Shown here: in pieces, positions 19,398-33,889 of the stretch
Position numbering within the stretch: position 1 is the first letter of the stretch
How the letters are laid out: each line of letters opens with the position of its first letter
Source of the DNA: a virus
Lineage: Duplodnaviria; Heunggongvirae; Uroviricota; Caudoviricetes
Virus record (IMG/VR): IMGVR_UViG_2721755711_000007
Strand: one strand, 5' to 3'
Length of the DNA stretch: 46,655 bases
Notes under the pieces: model-generated
What the model was told of the DNA's origin: nothing
Database searches by the model: none
What the model saw: only the letters and a program-made list of their open reading frames with translations
Program-made: the position numbers and the translations under genes

Positions 19398-19691
19398 TTA
19401 TTGTGAGCAATACACACGCGCTTCCAGCGGAGTATAAATGCCTAAAGTAATAAAACCGAGAAATCCATTTACGAATGTTTGCTGGGTTTCTGTTTTAACA
19501 ACATTTTCTGCGCCGCCACAAATTTTGGCTGCATCAACAGTTTTCTCCTGTCCAATTCCCGAAACGAAGAAATGATGGGTGATGGTTTCCTTTGGTGTTA
19601 CTGCTGTCGGTTTGTTTCCAACAGTAAACGTCTGTTGAGCACATCCTGTAATAAGCATTGCCAGAGCGGCAGAAAAAAACATTTTTTTCAT
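19398..19691 (-). CDS. borD: Bor lipoprotein (serum-resistance moron), 97 aa
   Basis: MKKMFFSAALAMLITGCAQQTFTV... lipobox; near-identical to lambda Bor as I recall it. Confidence 0.9.
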   Translation of the reverse strand: MKKMFFSAALAMLITGCAQQTFTVGNKPTAVTPKETITHHFFVSGIGQEKTVDAAKICGGAENVVKTETQQTFVNGFLGFITLGIYTPLEARVYCSQ

Positions 19692-20051
19692 CTTATTATC
19701 CTGCATTGTTAAAAACGGCAGAATCCTATGTGACAACAATTAAACGATAGTTAAATGGATTGATGAAAATTAAAACTATATAGGTGGATGCTCAGCCTAT
19801 TGGAGGAGGGGGGGCACTCAGAATCCTGTGGAATGAAATAAACCGCTCTATCTGTCCATTACCCTTTTAGCTGCGCTGTATCGTCGCCGTATTCCCGCAT
19901 TAACCATGACCGTAGCCCGACGGGGAATTCCTTCTGCGTGAGTGTGCGGGAATAATCAAAAACGATGCACACCGGGTTTTACTGTGCTGACAGACGCAGG
20001 GTTACCCTCATAGTCGCTTTTCCGGTGCGATGGTGGAAGAAACCGGGATGT

Positions 20052-20246
20052 TCATCCATCATCACTTTGGATTGATGTATATGCTCTCTTTTCTGACGTT
20101 AGTCTCCGACGGCAGGCTTCAATGACCCAGGCTGAGAAATTCCCAGACCCTTTTTGCTCAAGAGCGATGTTAATTTGTTCAATCATTTGGTTAGGAAAGC
20201 GGATGTTGCGGGTTGTTGTTCTGCGGGTTCTGTTCTTCGTTGACAT
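20052..20246 (-). CDS. Hypothetical small basic protein, 64 aa
   Basis: ORF between bor and cos; Arg-rich N- and C-termini. Confidence 0.4.
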   Translation of the reverse strand: MSTKNRTRRTTTRNIRFPNQMIEQINIALEQKGSGNFSAWVIEACRRRLTSEKRAYTSIQSDDG

Positions 20247-20446
20247 GAGGTTGCCCCGTATTCAGTGTCGCTGATTTGTATTGTCTGAAGTTGTTTTTAC
20301 GTTAAGTTGATGCAGATCAATTAATACGATACCTGCGTCATAATTGATTATTTGACGTGGTTTGATGGCGTAGATGCACGTTGTGACATGTAGATGATAA
20401 TTATTATCATTTTTGCGGGTCCTTTCCGGCGATCCGACAGGTTACG

Positions 20447-20458
20447 GGGCGGCGACCT
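20447..20458 (+). other. cos: cosN cohesive-end site (GGGCGGCGACCT); cosB region follows up to the Nu1 start
   Basis: 12-nt sequence identical to the lambda cohesive end as I recall it; flanking sequence (..GACAGGTTACG | GGGCGGCGACCTCGCGGGTTTTCGCTATTTATGAAAATTTTCCGG..) matches the lambda genome ends. Confidence 0.8.
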
Positions 20459-20635
20459 CGCGGGTTTTCGCTATTTATGAAAATTTTCCGGTTTAAGGCG
20501 TTTCCGTTCTTCTTCGTCATAACTTAATGTTTTTATTTAAAATACCCTCTGAAAAGAAAGGAAACGACAGGTGCTGAAAGCGAGCTTTTTGGCCTCTGTC
20601 GTTTCCTTTCTCTGTTTTTGTCCGTGGAATGAACA

Positions 20636-21155
20636 ATGGAAGTCAACAAAAAGCAGCTGGCTGACATTTTCGGTGCGAGTATCCGTACCATTCAGAACTG
20701 GCAGGAACAGGGAATGCCCGTTCTGCGAGGCGGTGGCAAGGGTAATGAGGTGCTTTATGACTCTGCCGCCGTCATAAAATGGTATGCCGAAAGGGATGCT
20801 GAAATTGAGAACGAAAAGCTGCGCCGGGAAGTTGAAGAACTGCGGCAGGCCAGCGAGACAGATCTCCAGCCAGGGACTATTGAGTACGAACGCCATCGAC
20901 TTACGCGTGCGCAGGCCGACGCACAGGAGCTGAAAAATGCCAGAGACTCCGCTGAAGTGGTGGAAACCGCATTCTGTACTTTCGTGCTGTCGCGGATCGC
21001 AGGTGAAATTGCCAGTATTCTCGACGGGATCCCCCTGTCGGTGCAGCGGCGTTTTCCGGAACTGGAAAACCGACATGTTGATTTCCTGAAACGGGATATC
21101 ATCAAAGCCATGAACAAAGCAGCCGCGCTGGATGAACTGATACCGGGGTTGCTGA

Positions 21156-21181
<26 letters not shown>
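20636..21181 (+). CDS. nu1: Terminase small subunit Nu1, 181 aa
   Basis: Translation matches lambda Nu1 (MEVNKKQLADIFGASIRTIQNWQEQGMPV...). Confidence 0.95.
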
Positions 21182-24862
<3,681 letters not shown>

Positions 24863-24882
<20 letters not shown>

Positions 24883-26182
24883 TCTCCCGCATATTGCCAG
24901 CATGGCTTTTAATGAGCCGCTGATGCTTGAACCCGCCTATGCGCGGGTTTTCTTTTGTGCGCTTGCAGGCCAGCTTGGGATCAGTCGCCTGACGGATGCA
25001 GTATCCGGCGACAGCCTGACTGCCGGAGAGGCACCCGCGGCGCTGGCGTTATCCGGTGATGATGACGGACCACGACAGGCCCGCAGTTATCAGGTCATGA
25101 ACGGCATCGCCGTGCTGCCGGTGTCCGGTACGCTGGTCAGCCGGACGCGGGCGCTGCAGCCGTATTCGGGAATGACCGGTTACAACGGCATTATCGCCCG
25201 TCTGCAACAGGCTGCCAGCGATCCGATGGTGGACGGCATTCTGCTCGATATGGACACACCGGGCGGGATGGTGGCGGGAGCATTTGACTGTGCTGACATC
25301 ATCGCCCGTGTGCGTGACATAAAGCCGGTATGGGCGCTGGCCAACGACATGAACTGCAGTGCAGGTCAGCTGCTTGCCAGCGCCGCCTCCCGGCGTCTGG
25401 TCACGCAGACCGCCCGGACAGGCTCCATCGGCGTCATGATGGCTCACAGTAATTACGGCGCTGCGCTGGAGAAACAGGGCGTGGAAATCACGCTGATTTA
25501 CAGCGGCAGCCATAAGGTGGATGGCAACCCCTACAGCCATCTACCGGGTGATGTCCGGGAGACACTGCAGTCCCGGATGGATGCAACCCGCCGGATGTTT
25601 GCGCAGAAGGTGTCGGCATATACCGGCCTGTCCGTGCAGGCTGTGCTGGATACCGAGGCTGCAGTGTACAGCGGTCAGGAGGCCATTGATGCCGGACTGG
25701 CTGATGAACTTGTCAACAGCACCGATGCGATCACCGTTATGCGTGATGCACTGGATGCACGTAAATCCCGTCTCTCAGGAGGGCGAATGACCAAAGAGAC
25801 TCAATCAACAACTGTTTCAGCCACTGCTTCGCAGGCTGACGTTACTGACGTGGTGCAAGCGACGGAGGGCGAAAACGCCAGCGCGGCGCAGCCGGACGTG
25901 AACGCGCAGATCACCGCTGCGGTTGCGGCAGAAAACAGCCGCATTATGGGGATCCTCAACTGTGAGGAAGCTCACGGACGCGAAGAACAGGCACGTGTGC
26001 TGGCCGAAACCCCCGGTATGACCGTGGAAACGGCCCGCCGCATTCTGGCAGCTGCACCACAGAGTGCACAGGCGCGCAGTGACACTGCGCTGGATCGTCT
26101 GATGCAGGGGGCACCGGCACCACTGGCTGCAGGTAACCCGGCATCTGATGCCGTTAACGATTTGCTGAACACACCAGTGTAA
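24863..26182 (+). CDS. C: Head maturation protease C (S49 family), 439 aa, GTG start overlapping B by 20 nt
   Basis: Translation from VTAELRNLPHIASMAFNEPLML... matches lambda gpC; same 20-nt overlap with B as in lambda. Confidence 0.9.
25577..26182 (+). CDS. nu3: Scaffolding protein Nu3 (in-frame internal start within C)
   Basis: ATG 25577 in C frame at the position equivalent to lambda Nu3 start (MDATRRMFAQ...). Confidence 0.6.
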   Translation: MDATRRMFAQKVSAYTGLSVQAVLDTEAAVYSGQEAIDAGLADELVNSTDAITVMRDALDARKSRLSGGRMTKETQSTTVSATASQADVTDVVQATEGENASAAQPDVNAQITAAVAAENSRIMGILNCEEAHGREEQARVLAETPGMTVETARRILAAAPQSAQARSDTALDRLMQGAPAPLAAGNPASDAVNDLLNTPV

Positions 26183-26191
26183 GGGATGTTT

Positions 26192-26524
26192 ATGACGAGC
26201 AAAGAAACCTTTACCCATTACCAGCCGCTGGGCAACAGTGACCCGGCACATACGGCAACCGCGCCCGGCGGATTGAGTGCGAAAGCGCCTGCAATGACCC
26301 CGCTGATGCTGGACACCTCCACCCGTAAGCTGGTTGCGTGGGATGGCACCACCGACGGTACTGCCGTTGGCATTCTGGCGGTTGATGCTGACCAGACCAG
26401 CACCACGCTGACGTTCTACAAGTCCGGCACGTTCCGTTATGAGGATGTGCTCTGGCCGGAGGCTGCCAGCGACGAGACGAAAAAACGGACCGCGTTTGCC
26501 GGAACGGCAATCAGCATCGTTTAA
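26192..26524 (+). CDS. D: Head decoration protein D, 110 aa
   Basis: [42 protein letters not shown]... matches lambda gpD. Confidence 0.9.
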   Translation: MTSKETFTHYQPLGNSDPAHTATAPGGLSAKAPAMTPLMLDTSTRKLVAWDGTTDGTAVGILAVDADQTSTTLTFYKSGTFRYEDVLWPEAASDETKKRTAFAGTAISIV

Positions 26525-26543
26525 CCTTACCCTTCATCACTAA

Positions 26544-26568
26544 AGGCCGCCTGTGCGGCTTTTTTTAC
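26544..26568 (+). terminator. Hairpin plus T-run between D and E (possible attenuator)
   Basis: GGCCGC-ctgt-GCGGCT followed by TTTTTTT. Confidence 0.3.
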
Positions 26569-26579
26569 GGGATTTTTTT

Positions 26580-27605
26580 ATGTCGATGTACACAACCGCC
26601 CAGCTGCTGGCGGCAAATGAGCAGAAATTTAAGTTTGATCCGCTGTTTCTGCGTCTCTTTTTCCGTGAGAGCTATCCCTTCACCACGGAGAAAGTCTATC
26701 TCTCACAAATTCCGGGACTGGTAAACATGGCGCTGTACGTTTCGCCGATTGTTTCCGGTGAGGTTATCCGTTCCCGTGGCGGCTCCACCTCTGAATTTAC
26801 GCCGGGATATGTCAAACCCAAGCATGAGGTGAATCCGCAGATGACCCTGCGTCGCCTGCCGGATGAAGATCCGCAGAATCTGGCGGACCCGGCTTACCGC
26901 CGCCGTCGCATCATCATGCAGAACATGCGAGACGAAGAGCTGGCCATTGCTCAGGTCGAAGAGATGCAGGCAGTTTCTGCTGTGCTTAAGGGCAAATACA
27001 CCATGACCGGTGAAGCCTTCGATCCGGTTGAGGTGGATATGGGCCGCAGTGCGGCGAACAACATCACACAGTCCGGTGGTACGGAGTGGAGCAAGCGTGA
27101 CAAGTCCACGTATGACCCGACCGACGATATCGAAGCCTATGCGCTGAACGCCAGCGGCGTGGTGAATATCATCGTGTTTGATCCGAAAGGCTGGGCGCTG
27201 TTCCGTTCCTTCAAAGCCGTCAAGGAGAAGCTGGATACCCGTCGCGGCTCTCATTCCGAGCTGGAGACAGCGGTAAAAGACCTGGGCGAAGCGGTGTCCT
27301 ATAAGGGGATGTATGGCGATACGGCGATCGTCGTGTATTCCGGACAGTACGTGGAAAACGACGTCAAAAAGAACTTCCTGCCGGACAACACGATGGTGCT
27401 GGGGAACACTCAGGCACGCGGTCTGCGCACCTATGGCTGCATTCAGGATGCGGACGCACAGCGCGAAGGTATTAACGCCTCTGCCCGCTACCCGAAAAAC
27501 TGGGTGACCACCGGCGATCCGGCGCGTGAGTTCACCATGATTCAGTCAGCACCGCTGATGCTGCTGGCTGATCCTGATGCGTTCGTGTCCGTACAACTGG
27601 CGTAA
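26580..27605 (+). CDS. E: Major capsid protein E, 341 aa
   Basis: MSMYTTAQLLAANEQKFKFDPLFLRLFFRESYPFTTEKVYL... matches lambda gpE. Confidence 0.95.
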   Translation: MSMYTTAQLLAANEQKFKFDPLFLRLFFRESYPFTTEKVYLSQIPGLVNMALYVSPIVSGEVIRSRGGSTSEFTPGYVKPKHEVNPQMTLRRLPDEDPQNLADPAYRRRRIIMQNMRDEELAIAQVEEMQAVSAVLKGKYTMTGEAFDPVEVDMGRSAANNITQSGGTEWSKRDKSTYDPTDDIEAYALNASGVVNIIVFDPKGWALFRSFKAVKEKLDTRRGSHSELETAVKDLGEAVSYKGMYGDTAIVVYSGQYVENDVKKNFLPDNTMVLGNTQARGLRTYGCIQDADAQREGINASARYPKNWVTTGDPAREFTMIQSAPLMLLADPDAFVSVQLA

Positions 27606-27646
27606 TCATGGCCCTTCGGGGCCATTTTCTCTCTGTGGAGGAGTCC

Positions 27647-28042
27647 ATGACGAAAGATGAACTGATTGCCCGTCTTCAGGTGCTGGGTGAGCAACTGAAC
27701 CGTGATGTCAGCCTGACGGGGACGAAAGAAGAACTGGTGCTCCGTGTGGCAGAGCTGGAAGAGGAGCTTGATGACACGGATGACGCTGCCGGTCAGGACA
27801 CATCTGTCAGCCCGGAAAATGCGCTGACCGGACATGAAAATGAGGTGGTATCAGCGCAGCCGGATACCGTGATTGATACGGCTGCTCTGGTCACGGTCGT
27901 GGCACTGGTGACGCTGCATACTGATGCACTTCACGCCACGCGGGATGAGCCTGTGGCATTTGTGCTGCCGGGAACGGCGTTTCGTGTCTCTGCCGGTGTG
28001 GCAGCCGAAATGACAGAACATGGCCTGGCCAGAATGCAATAA
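27647..28042 (+). CDS. FI: DNA-packaging protein FI, 131 aa
   Basis: MTKDELIARLQVLGEQLNRDVSLTGTKEEL... matches lambda gpFI. Confidence 0.9.
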   Translation: MTKDELIARLQVLGEQLNRDVSLTGTKEELVLRVAELEEELDDTDDAAGQDTSVSPENALTGHENEVVSAQPDTVIDTAALVTVVALVTLHTDALHATRDEPVAFVLPGTAFRVSAGVAAEMTEHGLARMQ

Positions 28043-28053
28043 CGGGAGGCGCT

Positions 28054-28407
28054 GTGGCTGATTCCGATAACCTGTTCGATGCTGCCATTGCCCGCGCCGA
28101 TGAAACGATACGCGGGTACATGGGAACGTCAGCCACCATGACATCCGGTGAGCTGTCCGGTGCTGTGATACGTGGTGTTTTTGATGACCCTGAAAATATC
28201 AGCTATGCCGGACAGGGGGTGCGCGTTGAAGGCTCCAGCCCGTCCCTGTTTGTCCGGACTGATGATGTGCGGCAGCTGCGGCGTGGAGACACACTGACCA
28301 TCGGCGAGGAAAACTTCTGGGTGGACCGGATTTCGCCGGATGATGGCGGAAGCTGTCATCTCTGGCTTGGGCGTGGCGTGCCGCCTGCCGTTAACCGTCG
28401 CCGCTGA
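28054..28407 (+). CDS. FII: Head-tail connector FII, 117 aa
   Basis: Translation matches lambda gpFII. Confidence 0.9.
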   Translation: MADSDNLFDAAIARADETIRGYMGTSATMTSGELSGAVIRGVFDDPENISYAGQGVRVEGSSPSLFVRTDDVRQLRRGDTLTIGEENFWVDRISPDDGGSCHLWLGRGVPPAVNRRR

Positions 28408-28418
28408 AAGGGGGATGT

Positions 28419-28997
28419 ATGGCCATAAAAGGTCTTGAGCAGGCCGTTGAAAACCTCAGCCGTATCAGCAAAACGGCGGTGCCTGGTGCCGCCGCAATGG
28501 CCATTAACCGCGTTGCGTCATCCGCGATATCGCAGTCTGCGTCACAGGTTGCCCGTGAGACAAAGGTACGCCGGAAACTGGTAAAGGAAAGGGCCAGGCT
28601 GAAAAGGGCCACGGTCAAAAATCCGCAGGCCAGAATCAGGGTTAACCGGGGGGATTTGCCCGTAATCAAGCTGGGTAACGCGCGGGTTGTCCTTTCCCGC
28701 CGCAGACGTCGTAAAAAGGGGCAGCGTTCATCCCTGAAAGGTGGCGGCAGCGTGCTTGTGGTGGGAAACCGTCGTATTCCCGGCGCGTTTATTCAGCAAC
28801 TGAAAAATGGCCGGTGGCATGTCATGCAGCGTGTGGCCGGGAAAAACCGTTACCCCATTGATGTGGTGAAAATCCCGATGGCGGTGCCGCTGACCACGGC
28901 GTTTAAACAGAATATTGAACGGATACGGCGTGAACGTCTTCCGAAAGAGCTGGGCTATGCGCTGCAGCATCAACTGAGAATGGTAATAAAGCGATGA
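28419..28997 (+). CDS. Z: Tail completion protein Z, 192 aa
   Basis: Position and translation match lambda gpZ. Confidence 0.9.
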   Translation: MAIKGLEQAVENLSRISKTAVPGAAAMAINRVASSAISQSASQVARETKVRRKLVKERARLKRATVKNPQARIRVNRGDLPVIKLGNARVVLSRRRRRKKGQRSSLKGGGSVLVVGNRRIPGAFIQQLKNGRWHVMQRVAGKNRYPIDVVKIPMAVPLTTAFKQNIERIRRERLPKELGYALQHQLRMVIKR

Positions 28998-29389
28998 AAC
29001 ATACTGAACTCCGTGCAGCCGTACTGGATGCACTGGAGAAGCATGACACCGGGGCGACGTTTTTTGATGGTCGCCCCGCTGTTTTTGATGAGGCGGATTT
29101 TCCGGCAGTTGCCGTTTATCTCACCGGCGCTGAATACACGGGCGAAGAGCTGGACAGCGATACATGGCAGGCGGAGCTGCATATTGAAGTTTTCCTGCCT
29201 GCTCAGGTGCCGGATTCAGAGCTGGATGCGTGGATGGAGTCCCGGATTTATCCGGTGATGAGTGATATCCCGGCACTGTCAGATTTGATCACCAGTATGG
29301 TGGCCAGCGGCTATGACTACCGGCGCGACGATGATGCGGGCCTGTGGAGTTCAGCCGATCTGACTTATGTCATTACCTATGAAATGTGA
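28994..29389 (+). CDS. U: Tail terminator protein U, 131 aa
   Basis: Position and translation match lambda gpU. Confidence 0.9.
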   Translation: MKHTELRAAVLDALEKHDTGATFFDGRPAVFDEADFPAVAVYLTGAEYTGEELDSDTWQAELHIEVFLPAQVPDSELDAWMESRIYPVMSDIPALSDLITSMVASGYDYRRDDDAGLWSSADLTYVITYEM

Positions 29390-29396
29390 GGACGCT

Positions 29397-30137
29397 ATGC
29401 CTGTACCAAATCCTGTAATGCCGGTGAAAGGTGCCGGGACCACCCTGTGGGTTTATAAGGGAAGCGGTGACCCTTATGCGAATCCGCTTTCAGACGTTGA
29501 CTGGTCGCGTCTGGCAAAAGTTAAAGACCTGACGCCCGGCGAACTGACCGCTGAGTCCTATGACGACAGCTATCTCGATGATGAAGATGCAGACTGGACT
29601 GCGACCGGGCAGGGGCAGAAATCTGCCGGAGATACCAGCTTCACGCTGGCGTGGATGCCCGGAGAGCAGGGGCAGCAGGCGCTGCTGGCGTGGTTTAATG
29701 AAGGGGATACCCGAGCCTATAAAATCCGCTTCCCGAACGGCACGGTCGATGTGTTCCGCGGCTGGGTCAGCAGTATCGGTAAGGCGGTGACGGCGAAGGA
29801 AGTGATCACCCGCACGGTGAAAGTCACCAACGTGGGCCGTCCGTCGATGGCAGAAGATCGCAGCACGGTGACGGCGACAACCGGCATGACTGTGACGCCT
29901 GCCAGCACCTCGGTGGTGAAAGGGCAGAGCACCACGCTGACCGTGGCATTCCAGCCGGAAGGCGCAACCGACAAGAGCTTCCGTGCGGTGTCTGCGGATA
30001 AAACAAAAGCCACCGTGTCGGTCAGTGGTATGACCATCACCGTGAAAGGTGTTGCTGCAGGCAAGGTCAACATTCCGGTCGTATCCGGTAATGGTGAACT
30101 TGCTGCGGTTGCAGAAATCACCGTCACCGCCAGTTAA
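29397..30137 (+). CDS. V: Major tail tube protein V, 246 aa
   Basis: [36 protein letters not shown]... matches lambda gpV. Confidence 0.9.
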   Translation: MPVPNPVMPVKGAGTTLWVYKGSGDPYANPLSDVDWSRLAKVKDLTPGELTAESYDDSYLDDEDADWTATGQGQKSAGDTSFTLAWMPGEQGQQALLAWFNEGDTRAYKIRFPNGTVDVFRGWVSSIGKAVTAKEVITRTVKVTNVGRPSMAEDRSTVTATTGMTVTPASTSVVKGQSTTLTVAFQPEGATDKSFRAVSADKTKATVSVSGMTITVKGVAAGKVNIPVVSGNGELAAVAEITVTAS

Positions 30138-30152
30138 TCCGGGGAGTCAGCG

Positions 30153-30575
30153 ATGTTCCTGAAAACCGAATCATTTGAACATAACGGTGTGACCGTCACG
30201 CTTTCTGAACTGTCAGCCCTGCAGCGAATTGAGCATCTCGCCCTGATGAAACGGCAGGCAGAACAGGCGGAGTCAGACAGCAACCGGAAGTTTACTGTGG
30301 AAGACGCCATCAGAACCGGCGCGTTTCTGGTGGCGATGTCCCTGTGGCATAACCATCCGCAGAAGACGCAGATGCCGTCCATGAATGAAGCCGTTAAACA
30401 GATTGAGCAGGAAGTGCTTACCACCTGGCCCACGGAGGCAATTTCTCATGCTGAAAACGTGGTGTACCGGCTGTCTGGTATGTATGAGTTTGTTGTGAAT
30501 AATGCCCCTGAACAGACAGAGGACGCCGGGCCCGCAGAGCCTGTTTCTGCGGGAAAGTGTTCGACGGTGAGCTGA
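30153..30575 (+). CDS. G: Tail assembly chaperone G, 140 aa
   Basis: Translation matches lambda gpG; slippery GGGAAAG at 30551-30557. Confidence 0.9.
   Translation: MFLKTESFEHNGVTVTLSELSALQRIEHLALMKRQAEQAESDSNRKFTVEDAIRTGAFLVAMSLWHNHPQKTQMPSMNEAVKQIEQEVLTTWPTEAISHAENVVYRLSGMYEFVVNNAPEQTEDAGPAEPVSAGKCSTVS
30551..30557 (+). other. Programmed -1 ribosomal frameshift slippery heptamer G GGA AAG (G to G-T fusion)
   Basis: Heptamer present 6 codons before the G stop; T ORF continues in the -1 frame. Confidence 0.8.
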
Positions 30576-30991
30576 GTTTTGCCCTGAAACTGGCGCGAGA
30601 GATGGGGCGACCCGACTGGCGTGCCATGCTTGCCGGGATGTCATCCACGGAGTATGCCGACTGGCACCGCTTTTACAGTACCCATTATTTTCATGATGTT
30701 CTGCTGGATATGCACTTTTCCGGGCTGACGTACACCGTGCTCAGCCTGTTTTTCAGCGATCCGGATATGCATCCGCTGGATTTCAGTCTGCTGAACCGGC
30801 GTGAGGCTGACGAAGAGCCTGAAGATGATGTGCTGATGCAGAAAGCGGCAGGGCTTGCCGGAGGCGTCCGCTTTGGCCCGGACGGGAATGAAGTTATCCC
30901 CGCTTCCCCGGATGTGGCGGACATGACGGAGGATGACGTAATGCTGATGACAGTATCAGAAGGGATCGCAGGAGGAGTCCGGTATGGCTGA
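30557..30991 (+). CDS. T: Tail assembly chaperone T reading frame (expressed as G-T fusion by -1 frameshift)
   Basis: ORF in -1 frame overlapping the 3' end of G and extending to the H start. Confidence 0.8.
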   Translation: MFDGELSFALKLAREMGRPDWRAMLAGMSSTEYADWHRFYSTHYFHDVLLDMHFSGLTYTVLSLFFSDPDMHPLDFSLLNRREADEEPEDDVLMQKAAGLAGGVRFGPDGNEVIPASPDVADMTEDDVMLMTVSEGIAGGVRYG

Positions 30992-33563
30992 ACCGGTAGG
31001 CGATCTGGTCGTTGATTTAAGTCTGGATGCGGCCAGATTTGACGAGCAGATGGCCAGAGTCAGGCGTCATTTTTCCGGTACGGAAACTGATGCGAAAAAA
31101 ACAGCGGCAGTCGTTGAACAGTCGCTGAGCCGACAGGCGCTGGCTGCACAGAAAGCGGGGATTTCCGTCGGGCAGTATAAAGCCGCCATGCGTATGCTGC
31201 CTGCACAGTTCACCGACGTGGCCACGCAGCTTGCAGGCGGGCAAAGCCCGTGGCTGATCCTGCTGCAACAGGGGGGTCAGGTTAAGGACTCCTTCGGCGG
31301 GATGATCCCCATGTTCAGGGGGCTTGCCGGTGCGATCACCCTGCCGATGGTGGGGGCCACCTCGCTGGCGGTGGCGACCGGTGCGCTGGCGTATGCCTGG
31401 TATCAGGGCAACTCAACCCTGTCCGATTTCAACAAAACGCTGGTCCTTTCCGGCAATCAGGCGGGACTGACGGCAGATCGTATGCTGGTCCTGTCCAGAG
31501 CCGGGCAGGCGGCAGGGCTGACGTTTAACCAGACCAGCGAGTCACTGACGGCGCTGGTGAATGCCGGTGTGCGTGGTGGTGAGCAGTTTGAGGCGATCAG
31601 CCAGAGTGTGGCGCGTTTCTCCTCTGCATCCGGCGTGGAGGTGGACAAGGTCGCTGAAGCCTTCGGGAAGCTGACCACAGACCCGACGTCGGGACTGACA
31701 GCGATGGCACGTCAGTTCCATAACGTGACGGCGGAGCAGATTGCGTATGTTGCTCAGTTGCAGCGTTCCGGAGATGAAGCCGGGGCATTGCAGGCGGCGA
31801 ACGAGGCCGCAACGAAAGGGTTTGATGACCAGACCCGCCGCCTGAAAGAGAACATGGGCACGCTGGAGACCTGGGCAGACAGGACAGCACGGGCATTCAA
31901 ATCCATGTGGGATTCGGTGCTGGATATTGGTCGCCCGGACACTGCCCAGGGAATGCTGGAGAAAGCAGAAAAGGCTTTTGATGAGGCGGACAAAAAATGG
32001 CAGTGGTATCAGAGCCGGAGCCACCGGCGCGGTAAAACCTCAGCATTTCTTGCCAATCTCCGGGGAGCATGGGAGGACAGAGCGAATGCGCAACTTGGGC
32101 TTTCAGCCGCCACGTTGCAGGCCGATCTTGAAAAGGCCAGAGAGATGGCAGCAAAGGACTGGGCCGAGTCTGAGGCATCACGGCTGAAATATACCGAAGA
32201 GGCGCAGAAGGCTTACGAACGGCTGCAGACGCCGCTGGAGAAATATACCGCCCGTCAGGAAGAACTGAACAAGGCACTGAAAGACGGGAAAATCCTGCAG
32301 GCGGATTACAACACGCTGATGGCGGCGGCGAAAAAGGATTATGAAGCGACGCTGAAAAAGCCGAAACAGTCCGGCGTGAAGGTGTCTGCGGGCGATCGTC
32401 AGGAAGACAGTGCTCATGCTGCCCTGCTGACGCTTCAGGCTGAACTCCGGACGCTGGAGAAGCATGCCGGAGCAAATGAGAAAATCAGCCAGCAGCGCCG
32501 GGATTTGTGGAAGGCGGAGAGCCAGTTCGCGGTACTGGAGGAGGCGGCGCAACGTCGCCAGCTGTCTGCACAGGAGAAATCCCTGCTGGCGCATAAAGAT
32601 GAGACGCTGGAGTACAAACGCCAGCTGGCTGCACTTGGCGACAAGGTTACGTATCAGGAGCGCCTGAACGCGCTGGCGCAGCAGGCGGATAAATTCGCAC
32701 AGCAGCAACGGGCAAAACGGGCCGCCATTGATGCGAAAAGCCGGGGGCTGACTGACCGGCAGGCAGAACGGGAAGCCACGGAACAGCGCCTGAAGGAACA
32801 GTATGGCGATAATCCGCTGGCGCTGAATAACGTCATGTCAGAGCAGAAAAAGACCTGGGCGGCTGAAGACCAGCTTCGCGGGAGCTGGATGGCAGGCCTG
32901 AAGTCCGGCTGGAGTGAGTGGGAAGAGAGCGCCACGGACAGTATGTCGCAGGTAAAAAGTGCAGCCACGCAGACCTTTGATGGTATTGCACAGAATATGG
33001 CGGCGATGCTGACCGGCAGTGAGCAGAACTGGCGCAGCTTCACCCGTTCCGTGCTGTCCATGATGACAGAAATTCTGCTTAAGCAGGCAATGGTGGGGAT
33101 TGTCGGGAGTATCGGCAGCGCCATTGGCGGGGCTGTTGGTGGCGGCGCATCCGCGTCAGGCGGTACAGCCATTCAGGCCGCTGCGGCGAAATTCCATTTT
33201 GCAACCGGAGGATTTACGGGAACCGGCGGCAAATATGAGCCAGCGGGGATTGTTCACCGTGGTGAATTTGTCTTCACGAAGGAGGCAACCAGCCGGATTG
33301 GCGTGGGGAATCTTTACCGGCTGATGCGCGGCTATGCCACCGGCGGTTATGTCGGTACACCGGGCAGCATGGCAGACAGCCGGTCGCAGGCGTCCGGGAC
33401 GTTTGAGCAGAATAACCATGTGGTGATTAACAACGACGGCACGAACGGTCAGATAGGTCCGGCTGCTCTGAAGGCGGTGTATGACATGGCCCGCAAGGGT
33501 GCCCGTGATGAAATTCAGACACAGATGCGTGATGGTGGCCTGTTCTCCGGAGGTGGACGATGA
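30984..33563 (+). CDS. H: Tail tape-measure protein H, 859 aa
   Basis: Matches lambda gpH at N- and C-terminal regions; coiled-coil rich middle. Confidence 0.95.
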   Translation: MAEPVGDLVVDLSLDAARFDEQMARVRRHFSGTETDAKKTAAVVEQSLSRQALAAQKAGISVGQYKAAMRMLPAQFTDVATQLAGGQSPWLILLQQGGQVKDSFGGMIPMFRGLAGAITLPMVGATSLAVATGALAYAWYQGNSTLSDFNKTLVLSGNQAGLTADRMLVLSRAGQAAGLTFNQTSESLTALVNAGVRGGEQFEAISQSVARFSSASGVEVDKVAEAFGKLTTDPTSGLTAMARQFHNVTAEQIAYVAQLQRSGDEAGALQAANEAATKGFDDQTRRLKENMGTLETWADRTARAFKSMWDSVLDIGRPDTAQGMLEKAEKAFDEADKKWQWYQSRSHRRGKTSAFLANLRGAWEDRANAQLGLSAATLQADLEKAREMAAKDWAESEASRLKYTEEAQKAYERLQTPLEKYTARQEELNKALKDGKILQADYNTLMAAAKKDYEATLKKPKQSGVKVSAGDRQEDSAHAALLTLQAELRTLEKHAGANEKISQQRRDLWKAESQFAVLEEAAQRRQLSAQEKSLLAHKDETLEYKRQLAALGDKVTYQERLNALAQQADKFAQQQRAKRAAIDAKSRGLTDRQAEREATEQRLKEQYGDNPLALNNVMSEQKKTWAAEDQLRGSWMAGLKSGWSEWEESATDSMSQVKSAATQTFDGIAQNMAAMLTGSEQNWRSFTRSVLSMMTEILLKQAMVGIVGSIGSAIGGAVGGGASASGGTAIQAAAAKFHFATGGFTGTGGKYEPAGIVHRGEFVFTKEATSRIGVGNLYRLMRGYATGGYVGTPGSMADSRSQASGTFEQNNHVVINNDGTNGQIGPAALKAVYDMARKGARDEIQTQMRDGGLFSGGGR

Positions 33564-33889
33564 AGACCTTCCGCTGGAAAGTGAAACCCGGTATGGATGT
33601 GGCTTCGGTCCCTTCTGTAAGAAAGGTGCGCTTTGGTGATGGCTATTCTCAGCGAGCGCCTGCCGGGCTGAATGCCAACCTGAAAACGTACAGCGTGACG
33701 CTTTCTGTCCCCCGTGAGGAGGCCACGGTACTGGAGTCGTTTCTGGAAGAGCACGGGGGCTGGAAATCCTTTCTGTGGACGCCGCCTTATGAGTGGCGGC
33801 AGATAAAGGTGACCTGCGCAAAATGGTCGTCGCGGGTCAGTATGTTGCGTGTTGAGTTCAGCGCAGAGTTTGAACAGGTGGTGAACTGA
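33560..33889 (+). CDS. M: Tail tip protein M, 109 aa
   Basis: Position and translation match lambda gpM. Confidence 0.9.
   Translation: MKTFRWKVKPGMDVASVPSVRKVRFGDGYSQRAPAGLNANLKTYSVTLSVPREEATVLESFLEEHGGWKSFLWTPPYEWRQIKVTCAKWSSRVSMLRVEFSAEFEQVVN

Noticed and set aside
19740-20051. Possible additional gene between bor and the small 64-aa ORF
   Set aside because: No ORF of 60 codons or more and no convincing start context; probably degraded right-arm sequence or the bor promoter region.
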